Source: Flavobacteriales bacterium
Lineage (GTDB): Bacteria; Bacteroidota; Bacteroidia; Flavobacteriales_D; Crocinitomicaceae
Assembly (NCBI GenBank): GCA_947500875.1
Contig: CANMUN010000007.1
Location: 2,244 to 66,243, forward strand
Length of the DNA: 64,000 bases
Direction: 5' to 3'
Part shown: piece after piece, positions 31,228 to 39,298 of the stretch
How positions within the stretch are numbered: position 1 is the stretch's first letter
Layout: each line of letters opens with the position of its first letter
Notes under the pieces: generated by a model
What the model was told of the DNA's origin: nothing
Databases searched by the model: none
The model's input: the letters and a program-made list of their open reading frames with translations, nothing else
Made by a program: the position numbers and the translations under genes

Positions 31228-34200
31228 TTGAAAGAACGTATAGCATCGGAGGTATTAAAGGGCAGTGGGGTGGATGGTCCTGTTCTCGAGCATATCTTCG
31301 CCTTTCTTTATTTACTGGATCTTGAAAGTCCCCTCGACGAGAGTTATTACCTGAAACACGTAATTCCTCGTTCGGATGGCACGAAGAGGATATTATTCGA
31401 ACCCAAACCCGTGCTTAAAGCACTTCAGCAAGAACTTTTGCAGGTTTTGTATGATGTTTTGGAGAAGCCTCAGCCTTACACCGAATACTACAGGTTTCAA
31501 CAAAAACACCTATTGAGCCCTTGTGCCACGGCGTATCGACCGAAAATAAGCGTGATACATAATGCGAATTTTCACCTTGGAAATGAGGTAGTATTAAAGG
31601 TAGATATTCAAGATTTTTTTGGGAGTATTCCCGTGGTTAATATGAAGTCCACGTGGGTGGAGCTGCTGTATTTCTGCTCGAACCGGCTCATTCAATCGGG
31701 ACTCTTAGTCCACCGAATGAAGCGCGAGTTTGTTGCGGAGGTCGTCAACACTTTGGCGGAAAAAATCATCTGCATTACCTCCCTGAACGGGGCCTTGCCG
31801 CAGGGGAGCCCAACGAGTGGCGCCATCGCGAATTTGTACATGGTTCAATTGGACCGTAAAATCCTCCATTACAGCGTGCGAAATCGCTTGAATTATTCGC
31901 GGTACTCCGATGATATGACTTTTTCGGGGGGGGCTGAGGATTTGAAAACAGGAAAGATCCTCCATTTTTTAAACGGTTTACTGGGGCGCAACGGCCTCTG
32001 TTTGAAACGTTCTAAAACCCAAGTGTTGCGCAAGCACAAGCGGCAAACGGTAACTGGGATTGTCGTTAATGCATCAAAGAACGCTGGAAGAACCTATCAA
32101 CGAAGCGTGCGGCAATCCATGCATTATTTCAAAAAATTTGGAAAGGAACACGCGCTGCGTACCCATCCAACTTTGGACGCATTTCTCCGAGAAATAACAG
32201 GGCAAGTAGCTTGGATTCTCCAAGTGCAAAAGTCAAATTCGGAATTTCTACGTTACAAGGCAGAACTGAACATTATTAGCCGTTTTCATCGACAAGGGAA
32301 ACCTGTTGCTGAGGCAATGGATTATTTGCGGAGTTTGGTACAACAGGCAGAGCAATGGAAGGCAAACGAAACCGTGGTGATAGGAGGCTTGGAATGGAAA
32401 AAGGAATCCGAAGTCTATGAAGGAGAGGACATGGATGGAATTTATACCTTTCAGCGACGGGGCCAACAGCGTTCGTTTTTTACCCGAGAAGCCCTCGAAA
32501 AGTACCTAAAAAATCATCCCGAATGGAGGTTGCCTACCTTGCACGAGTATGAGCGGTATTTTGACGAAACGCGGTACCATGACCGAATCCAATTGGGATT
32601 GACCTTGCCGAGCGATCCCCGGTATAATGGGATTGTTAACGGCACGGAATTCCTCCATTTTAATCGGGTTGCTGCCTACTGGACGAGTGAACTCCGTCCT
32701 AGAAAGACGCTTACCAAGGCTAAAAACCGAGTTGGACGAAAAGTCTTGTGCGTCGCTGCTAAAAATTGGCCTATACATCGTCATTTTGCGAAAATTCGTT
32801 GCGACCTGTCCTACGTAAGGCATGATCATGTAATGGACCTACGCGTTCCGGTGAATGTGCCAGGAACCAAGGAATATAGTTCTTCCTCCGACGATACCCA
32901 AGTGCTCTTGCCGGAAGAAGCTTTCTCGGTAAAATTGGTGCGAGAAATAAGGCCCAATGATCCCTTGACCAATTTTCAAGGTACGGAATTTGCCTTAAGG
33001 AAATTAGCCACGAGCAGGTACACGACGAATTTTGAGGGACTTCATATCGCGGATATACCTGTTGAAATTTTGTCGGAATGGAAATCTTCGTCCATGCTGT
33101 TTTCCAATAATCAAATCGAGCACTTCGACCTTCGGAATGTTCCTCCTGTGAAGCTCCTAAATTTGGAAAACAACCGTTTAAAAGGGTTCGATTTTACCAC
33201 CTTGCCCCCCGGGTTACAGCATTTGATGCTCAGAGGCAACCCAGGACTGAAGGGAGCGGAAATTCCTTGGTCTCAATTGTTGAGGCAACTGCACGAGTTG
33301 AGCTTAGATGACTTACAGGATTTAGTACGCACGATGCCGCTGGAATCGATCTATTTGCAGGCCTTAGGTGGGGAAGTTTGGACTATCCTTGAAAACGAAC
33401 AGGAGTTAGATGCATTGATCGGACAACAAAAGCCGGTAAGCCATTTATTGGTTCGGTATCGAGTAGGGGTTGATGCCTTGGATGCAAAGACCTTATTCGA
33501 GAAATTGAACCGTATTGCTCCAAAACATTTGTACGTTTGTTTTGAGCCCCAAGATGAAGGGTTACGACGTCGATTGGATCGCTTGAAATCCGTGACATCC
33601 TTATGGGAAAAGGAGATAGAAGAACTTGATGGGTATGTCAAAAACCTTGCTTCACAAAAGGATATTGAAACGCGTGTAACCTTATTTCCAGAACATTTAG
33701 CCGACAACAGGATTCAGCATCTTATTATTGATTTTTCGTGGTTGCCGAACCTTTGTTTTGAAGGTGATTTTCGGATCAAGCCCGATAGTTATCACTTGTT
33801 ACATCCTGGAATACCTACCCTGCTTCTCCCAGCGACAAGTCAGCGTTTTCATCGTCCGACGGTTTTGATAAAAGCTATTGGAAATAAGATAGTTCCTGCC
33901 CAAAATGATTTTCCTGAATCGGTGAGCCTTGATGTACGCTATCCTCTCGGCAAGACGCATCCTAAAATCCGTTTGTCCAACCTACATACCTTGGTGCCGA
34001 TGCGTCAGGAACACGTGGGAGACTTGGTTTTAGTGCTCAGTGAAAACATCAGCAAACGATTGGAAGTGGGACGCATAAAAGAGGTTTACCCGAGGGCCTA
34101 TGAACTTAAAAGAAACCTGAAGAATTGGGTGAGTTTAATAGGGTATAATACCGATAAAATAGCCTTTCGTAAACGTATTTCATCGATGCCCTTGTTAGGT

Positions 34201-35490
34201 CTTTCTTTGCGATTCGATGTGTACAGCTTGAGCTTTCCCATTGAAACGGTATCAAAAATCAACCGTTTTGGGCCCATGAACCTTGCTTGGGATCCTCATG
34301 AAGGTGTTTTAAAATACAACGAAACTGAAGTAAAGCGATTTTTATTTGAGGATAGTCCTGTTGCTGAAGTTGCTTTTCTCAAAATTTTCGCCAATAAAAG
34401 TCCTACGCCTCCAGCTCGAGTATGTGATTCCCAAGGCAAGAGGAATATGAATTTGCCTTATGTAATTCGTAGGAACGTATATGCTACTCGAGCATTCGAT
34501 CGAAGTGAAACCATAGCTGCTCTTAGAACCGGTGAAAGGCTAGCGATTTCCTTGCCCAAACCTTATCGACGGGATCGAGAAATAATGCTTGCAGCGGTGG
34601 AAGCGAATCCTTTCGCCATGGCTTTTGCCCACAAAGCCTTGAAGCAAGATGCAGGATTTATCTTGGAGGCGATGAACATTAGCGTGCGTACCTTGGTGTT
34701 TCTCTCGAAGGATCTGTTCAAAAGCCGAAACCATCCAAACAGTGCCCTTCAACAAGTGTTGGATGCTCTTATAAAACGTTTCAATCCTGAAGATTTTAAT
34801 TTCATTGTAGGTCGTTTATCGAGGCACATTAATATTGAAAAGGAGCCGGTTTATCGCTTCGTTTTAGAACCGAAGCCTTTGGACTCAAGTGCTGTTTTAA
34901 TGTCCTTCGAACAGGAAAAAAAGATCCTTAATAACCGTTTCTGCCAACGATCAGGTATGTACAAACCCATTCGCGGTTATTTCTTTAAAGAAGCTGAACG
35001 TCGTGGATTCATCAATGTTAACGGTTATTTTAATGATTTTTGTAAAGCGCTTGAAAACAAAGATGATGTAACCTTTCTTGATCTCAGTTTTAAGGCAGTA
35101 GAGACCCTTTATGAGTTGGAAAATTTACCTCATTTAAAGGTGTTGAAGTTAACCGAAAGTAAGTTGATGAACAGCCTACCGGTTTTAAATTCCTTGGAGG
35201 AATTGAACGTCAATCGTGTTGCCAATTTTTGGAGTTACCATGAGGGCAATACAATGCATCAACGGTTCCCGAACCTTAAGCGTTTGGAAACCAAGTTTAT
35301 CTATGTTAATATGCTGTATATTGCCGATTTAGTCGTCCACCATCCTTGCTTGGAGCACCTTTCCATTTCGGTAACCTATGCAGATGAATTAGAGGAAATC
35401 AATGCGATAATCGAGAAAGTAAAGGCCCTTGGAAAGGTCATTGAAATCGTTTTGGATAAGTCGGAGTATATTGGTGAATTACCTTTTTAA
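31228..35490 (+). CDS. retron-type reverse transcriptase fused to FISUMP/DUF1566-like, leucine-rich-repeat and DUF4116-like regions (1420 aa)
   Basis: TTG start. This is the first start codon after the in-frame stop at 31198.

RT motifs:
- NANFH (NAxxH), nt 31561-31575
- VDIQDFFGSI
- LPQGSPTSGAIAN
- YSDD, nt 31903-31914
- QTVTGIVVN (VTG), nt 32050-32058

C-terminal regions:
- aa ~380-490: GLEW...WRLPTLHEYE...AAYWTSE
- aa ~600-700: LRRs
- aa ~1113-1165: DREIMLAAVEANPFAMAFAHKALKQDAGFILEAM
- aa ~1280-1385: LRR-like. Confidence 0.85.
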   Translation: MKERIASEVLKGSGVDGPVLEHIFAFLYLLDLESPLDESYYLKHVIPRSDGTKRILFEPKPVLKALQQELLQVLYDVLEKPQPYTEYYRFQQKHLLSPCATAYRPKISVIHNANFHLGNEVVLKVDIQDFFGSIPVVNMKSTWVELLYFCSNRLIQSGLLVHRMKREFVAEVVNTLAEKIICITSLNGALPQGSPTSGAIANLYMVQLDRKILHYSVRNRLNYSRYSDDMTFSGGAEDLKTGKILHFLNGLLGRNGLCLKRSKTQVLRKHKRQTVTGIVVNASKNAGRTYQRSVRQSMHYFKKFGKEHALRTHPTLDAFLREITGQVAWILQVQKSNSEFLRYKAELNIISRFHRQGKPVAEAMDYLRSLVQQAEQWKANETVVIGGLEWKKESEVYEGEDMDGIYTFQRRGQQRSFFTREALEKYLKNHPEWRLPTLHEYERYFDETRYHDRIQLGLTLPSDPRYNGIVNGTEFLHFNRVAAYWTSELRPRKTLTKAKNRVGRKVLCVAAKNWPIHRHFAKIRCDLSYVRHDHVMDLRVPVNVPGTKEYSSSSDDTQVLLPEEAFSVKLVREIRPNDPLTNFQGTEFALRKLATSRYTTNFEGLHIADIPVEILSEWKSSSMLFSNNQIEHFDLRNVPPVKLLNLENNRLKGFDFTTLPPGLQHLMLRGNPGLKGAEIPWSQLLRQLHELSLDDLQDLVRTMPLESIYLQALGGEVWTILENEQELDALIGQQKPVSHLLVRYRVGVDALDAKTLFEKLNRIAPKHLYVCFEPQDEGLRRRLDRLKSVTSLWEKEIEELDGYVKNLASQKDIETRVTLFPEHLADNRIQHLIIDFSWLPNLCFEGDFRIKPDSYHLLHPGIPTLLLPATSQRFHRPTVLIKAIGNKIVPAQNDFPESVSLDVRYPLGKTHPKIRLSNLHTLVPMRQEHVGDLVLVLSENISKRLEVGRIKEVYPRAYELKRNLKNWVSLIGYNTDKIAFRKRISSMPLLGLSLRFDVYSLSFPIETVSKINRFGPMNLAWDPHEGVLKYNETEVKRFLFEDSPVAEVAFLKIFANKSPTPPARVCDSQGKRNMNLPYVIRRNVYATRAFDRSETIAALRTGERLAISLPKPYRRDREIMLAAVEANPFAMAFAHKALKQDAGFILEAMNISVRTLVFLSKDLFKSRNHPNSALQQVLDALIKRFNPEDFNFIVGRLSRHINIEKEPVYRFVLEPKPLDSSAVLMSFEQEKKILNNRFCQRSGMYKPIRGYFFKEAERRGFINVNGYFNDFCKALENKDDVTFLDLSFKAVETLYELENLPHLKVLKLTESKLMNSLPVLNSLEELNVNRVANFWSYHEGNTMHQRFPNLKRLETKFIYVNMLYIADLVVHHPCLEHLSISVTYADELEEINAIIEKVKALGKVIEIVLDKSEYIGELPF

Positions 35491-35499
35491 TGCCATTAG

Positions 35500-36765
35500 A
35501 TGGAGGAGTTTTCAAGTAATAAATTAAGGGAACTGTTGAAGGATAAGGCTAACATGGACCAGAATTGCCTGATGATACCCCTTTTTTCCTTCGAAATTGT
35601 GGATGAGGTTTGGGATAGTTTTTATCGCTTTGATTCCAACGTAGAGAACAGCGAGGATTCCGAATTGTTGTCTTTTTTTCAATTCCTGTTGATTGCTTTT
35701 GGAGCAGAAGGCAGCTTTGCTGCTCGCATTCGAAACGGCGAAGTTCATCACCCCCTTCCTTGTTGGACCAAGTCGGATACCTTGATCATCACTCCGCTTT
35801 TTGAAAAAATGCCTTATGGAGTGGTAAGTCAATTGGTGGAGGCCCTTTCGATTCGTCGAATAGTGGTGGAGGCCGCAGGAGCATTGCCCGCAGTATTTGA
35901 CATGGATTTTAACCTGATGGTATCGCAAATCGTATCGGTTGAATTCAAGGATTTGGAATCGGATTATCAATTGAATTCGACGTTGTACTGCTCTCCGTAC
36001 TTGGAGGAGTTATCCTTTATTTGTGTTAAAGGAGACGTTTTAACCCGCGATTTTAGCCGATTACGTGGTTTGAGAAAACTGATAATAGTGAACTGCAGGT
36101 TGAAGTTCTCAATTCCGCAGCTCCCCCTTTCTTTGGAATATTTTAAGTTGAGCCATTCGAGGTTAGGGAGCCACAAGTTTACGATATTCCCAAAAAACAT
36201 CAGGGTTTTAGATCTTTCGCATAACGAAATTAAAGAGGTCGTTGGAGCGGAATCCTTGGCATTGATGCATAGCTTGGACTTGTCCTACAATCAATTAGGT
36301 TTCCTCGACTTGGGTAGTTTACCCGCCTCTTTAAAGGAATTGAACCTTAGATCCAACCGCATCGAACGGATTGTTGGCAACTGGGATGGGCGAGAAAACC
36401 TGCACTTCTTGGATTTAGGGCACAATGCCTTGAACGAATTTCCCTCCGGGTTGGAGCGACTTACAGGGCTCAAGGAGCTCTTGTTATCCAATAATTTCCT
36501 AGAAGAACTTTTAGTTGATTTACACGCTTTGACGCAGTTGGAGCGCTTGGATTTACGAAAGAACCGCTTGCGCAGTTTGCCAACTTCGTTGTCGGAAATA
36601 AACCGCTTGCTGTATTTGGATTTAGAGGATAATCTCCTCGTAGAGGTATTTGAACTGCTTACCAAGGCGAATTGGGACCAGGCCACGGTGCGGTTAAGGG
36701 GCAATCCTTTACATCAAGAACGGCGAAAATTAAGTACATTAACCCACCAAAAAATTGAATTATGA
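35500..36765 (+). CDS. leucine-rich repeat protein
   Basis: About 10 consecutive LxxLxLxxNxL repeats (VLDLSHNEIKEV, SLDLSYNQLGFL, ELNLRSNRIERI, FLDLGHNALNEF, ELLLSNNFLEEL, RLDLRKNRLRSL, YLDLEDNLL). It starts 9 nt after the RT stop, and its own stop overlaps the next start by 4 nt. Confidence 0.8.
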   Translation: MEEFSSNKLRELLKDKANMDQNCLMIPLFSFEIVDEVWDSFYRFDSNVENSEDSELLSFFQFLLIAFGAEGSFAARIRNGEVHHPLPCWTKSDTLIITPLFEKMPYGVVSQLVEALSIRRIVVEAAGALPAVFDMDFNLMVSQIVSVEFKDLESDYQLNSTLYCSPYLEELSFICVKGDVLTRDFSRLRGLRKLIIVNCRLKFSIPQLPLSLEYFKLSHSRLGSHKFTIFPKNIRVLDLSHNEIKEVVGAESLALMHSLDLSYNQLGFLDLGSLPASLKELNLRSNRIERIVGNWDGRENLHFLDLGHNALNEFPSGLERLTGLKELLLSNNFLEELLVDLHALTQLERLDLRKNRLRSLPTSLSEINRLLYLDLEDNLLVEVFELLTKANWDQATVRLRGNPLHQERRKLSTLTHQKIEL

Positions 36766-37907
36766 GCCAAGATAATGGTTGTTACGGAGCCTCGGTCAAC
36801 GGGGGAGAATTGTTGGACCTACTCGGCAAGGTCCTCGAAGCTAATTTAACCTTCGAGGACGAAACCGGAAGGCGACCAACTCCCATTTGCGTTTGGGGGA
36901 CTCATGGTTTAGGTAAGACCGAAATTGCCATGGAAGTGGCACGGCAAAGGCAATGGAAAATCGCGTATTGTGCTCCCGCTCAGTTCGAGGAAATGGGAGA
37001 TTTACATGGTTTACCGATGAAAATTGACCCCGACCCCAATGTTTACGGCGATGAGCGAACGATTTATTTGCCGCCGGAATGGGTGCCTAACGACCCAGGG
37101 CCAGGGATCTTATTGCTCGATGATATCAACCGAGCCGATGACCGAATACTTCGCGGAACCATGCAATTGCTGCAGAATTTTGAAATGTTTTCTTGGTCCT
37201 TGCCTCCCAAATGGCAAATCGTTGTTACCGCAAATCCCGATTCTGGCGATTATTCGGTGACCTCCATGGACGATGCGATGTTGACAAGGATGATTCACGT
37301 CACCTTAAAATTTGACGCTAAAGCTTGGGCTGCTTGGGCCTTAAAGGCCGGAATCGACGAACGAGGCATCAATTTCGTGCTGACGTATCCGGAAATGGTC
37401 ACGATGAAGCGCAGCACACCGCGAACCTTGGTTCAGTTTTTCGCACAAATTAATAACATCAAGGATTTGGTGCAAGAGCGTAAATTGGTGGAGTTGTTGG
37501 CTCAAGGGTGTTTGGACTTGGAAACCTCCGATGCGTTCATGAATTACATCGAACAAAGTTTGCATCAAATCCCAAGTCCTGAAGACTTTTTGGCCTCAGA
37601 AACACCGTCCAGAGTTCTTGAAGCGGTGGAACGTTTGACGGCTTCGGAGAAGGGGGTTCGCTTGGACCTTTTGAATACCCTCATGAGCCGCATCGGTATC
37701 TTGCTTTCGGGGAATTACACTCCGACGCCGACCGCTGCTTCTAACCTGATAGAATTATTGAAAACTGACAAAGTTCCCATCGACCTGCGTTTTGCGTTTC
37801 ACAAAGAACTGATGAGGGTGCGTTTGTTGAAAAAGCCTTCGATGGAGGCGGTGGTGACGGCGATATCCAATGCAGAGGTGTTGAAACAGTTTGTAGCGAT
37901 GCAATAA
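36762..37907 (+). CDS. MoxR-like AAA+ ATPase (AAA_5 type)
   Basis: Walker A GTHGLGKTEIA (nt 36897-36920) and Walker B ILLLDDINRAD. The following sensor region ends in VVTANP. Single AAA module with a helical C-terminal part. Confidence 0.85.
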   Translation: MSQDNGCYGASVNGGELLDLLGKVLEANLTFEDETGRRPTPICVWGTHGLGKTEIAMEVARQRQWKIAYCAPAQFEEMGDLHGLPMKIDPDPNVYGDERTIYLPPEWVPNDPGPGILLLDDINRADDRILRGTMQLLQNFEMFSWSLPPKWQIVVTANPDSGDYSVTSMDDAMLTRMIHVTLKFDAKAWAAWALKAGIDERGINFVLTYPEMVTMKRSTPRTLVQFFAQINNIKDLVQERKLVELLAQGCLDLETSDAFMNYIEQSLHQIPSPEDFLASETPSRVLEAVERLTASEKGVRLDLLNTLMSRIGILLSGNYTPTPTAASNLIELLKTDKVPIDLRFAFHKELMRVRLLKKPSMEAVVTAISNAEVLKQFVAMQ

Positions 37908-37913
37908 TAGTCA

Positions 37914-39083
37914 ATGGAGGCTGAAGTTACCCTTTCGAGGTCCATTTACCAGTTGTTGCGGCGCGAGCCTTTTTATGCCCATATTTTGGCCAATGTCACA
38001 AGGATTCTGACCGATGAGGTGCCAACGATGGCGGTGTCTTTTCGTGAGGAGGTTTTTTATTTGTACGTTAATCCACATTTTTTACTGCATGAGCTGAACC
38101 CGGGTGAACGGGTTGCGGTTTTGAAGCACGAAGTGTTGCATTTGATTTTCAAACATTTGTTTCGGGTCAAAGGAAAGCATCCAAAAATAGAGAACATCGC
38201 CGCGGATTTAGTGGTCAATCAATACATTGCTCCATGGAATCTACCAAAGGGTGCCATTCTCCTGTCCACCTTCCCTGAACTGGCCTTGGAGCCCTTGGGT
38301 TCTCTGGAATATTATTACAACGAATTACTCAAATTGTTGGAAGATGGAGCCGAAGCACAATATCCTGAAAGTTGCAAGGCCTTGGATAGTTTGCAACATG
38401 AACCACGGGGTATTGGCATCCATGATGCTTGGGGAAAAGATGGCAGTGAAGTGGCCGAGCGTAAACTCAAGGGAATATTAAATGAGGCGAAGCATAAGTC
38501 TTCCTCCTTTGGTTCCCTTCCTTACGACATCCAACGCGCCATTAACGAATGGTTGGCAGCACCTAAAATTTCTTGGAAACAAGTCCTTCGTTTGTTTACG
38601 TCATCGTGCGGCAGAACGGCTATAAAGACCACGCGGCGGAAGGAGAGCAAGCGATTTGAAGGAAATCCTGGAAGGCGGATTAAGCGTTTGCGAAGAATGG
38701 TCGTCGCCATTGATACCTCGGGATCGGTGGATGAAAAACTGTTGGGTGAGTTTTGGACCGAGATTATGGCCATTTATAAAACAGGTTCGGAGGTGACGGT
38801 ATTGGAATGCGATGCAAAAATACATGCAGTATACGATGTGCGTCGCACCGGAACCGCACCTACGATGAAGGGGGGGGGAGGCACATGCTTTGAACCGGTG
38901 ATTGCTTGGGCGAATTCGGCGAGAGGGTATAACGGTCTGATTTATTTTACCGACGGCTATGCCTCAAAACCGCCGCCGTGTAAACTCCCTTTGCTGTGGT
39001 GTGTGTACGGCGATATACAGCAAACCGATCATTTAAAAGGAAAAATCATTCGTGTCGGAAATGCCCAACAAGAACCTTTTTAA
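37914..39083 (+). CDS. DUF2201-type protein: N-terminal HExxH metallopeptidase-like domain plus C-terminal VWA-like domain
   Basis: HEVLH at nt 38127-38141, within AVLKHEVLHLIFKH. MIDAS-like DTSGS at nt 38712-38726, within MVVAIDTSGSVD. C-terminal block YFTDGY. It starts 6 nt after the MoxR stop. Confidence 0.85.
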   Translation: MEAEVTLSRSIYQLLRREPFYAHILANVTRILTDEVPTMAVSFREEVFYLYVNPHFLLHELNPGERVAVLKHEVLHLIFKHLFRVKGKHPKIENIAADLVVNQYIAPWNLPKGAILLSTFPELALEPLGSLEYYYNELLKLLEDGAEAQYPESCKALDSLQHEPRGIGIHDAWGKDGSEVAERKLKGILNEAKHKSSSFGSLPYDIQRAINEWLAAPKISWKQVLRLFTSSCGRTAIKTTRRKESKRFEGNPGRRIKRLRRMVVAIDTSGSVDEKLLGEFWTEIMAIYKTGSEVTVLECDAKIHAVYDVRRTGTAPTMKGGGGTCFEPVIAWANSARGYNGLIYFTDGYASKPPPCKLPLLWCVYGDIQQTDHLKGKIIRVGNAQQEPF

Positions 39084-39100
39084 ATTGTGTATCTTTGCAG

Positions 39101-39260
39101 GAGCGCGGAAAAAGATTTTAGCATTTTGGCCGGCGAGTCGCCGGTCTCGCAAGGTGTTGGCAAAGCGTCAAGCCCTTTATTTGGGGTTTTAAAAGACACG
39201 AATTAGAATTAAAGGGAGCAACAACTTCGGTTGCTTTCAAAAGTAAGTCCTAACCGCGCG
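39101..39260 (+). ncRNA. candidate structured RNA in the 3' tail of the RT operon (possible retron-like ncRNA or structured 3' UTR)
   Basis: No ORF in this stretch.

Helices seen:
- Closing all-GC helix 39103-39108 / 39254-39259.
- 8-bp hairpin 39128-39146.
- 7-bp helix 39173-39179 / 39210-39216.
- 6-8-bp hairpin 39217-39235, with a CUUCGG-containing loop.

A strong terminator follows directly. Confidence 0.25.
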
Positions 39261-39262
39261 AA

Positions 39263-39291
39263 AATGCCTCGATTCCGGGGCATTTTTTTTT
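39263..39291. terminator. intrinsic terminator (usable on both strands)
   Basis: 9-bp stem AATGCCTCG / CGGGGCATT with an ATTC loop, followed by a run of 9 T on the + strand. On the - strand the same hairpin is followed by TTTT and lies just after the stop of the 39299-39754 gene. Confidence 0.75.
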
Positions 39292-39298
39292 GATACAC

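Noticed and set aside
31228-35490. The RT considered as a diversity-generating retroelement or a group II intron.
   Set aside because: The RT has QGSPTS, NAxxH and VTG, not the DGR-type IGNxxSQ motif. I saw no template/variable repeat pair by eye. There is no maturase/X or En domain and no intron domain V-like RNA. A computational TR/VR repeat search would still be worthwhile because a lectin-like (FISUMP/DUF1566) segment is present.
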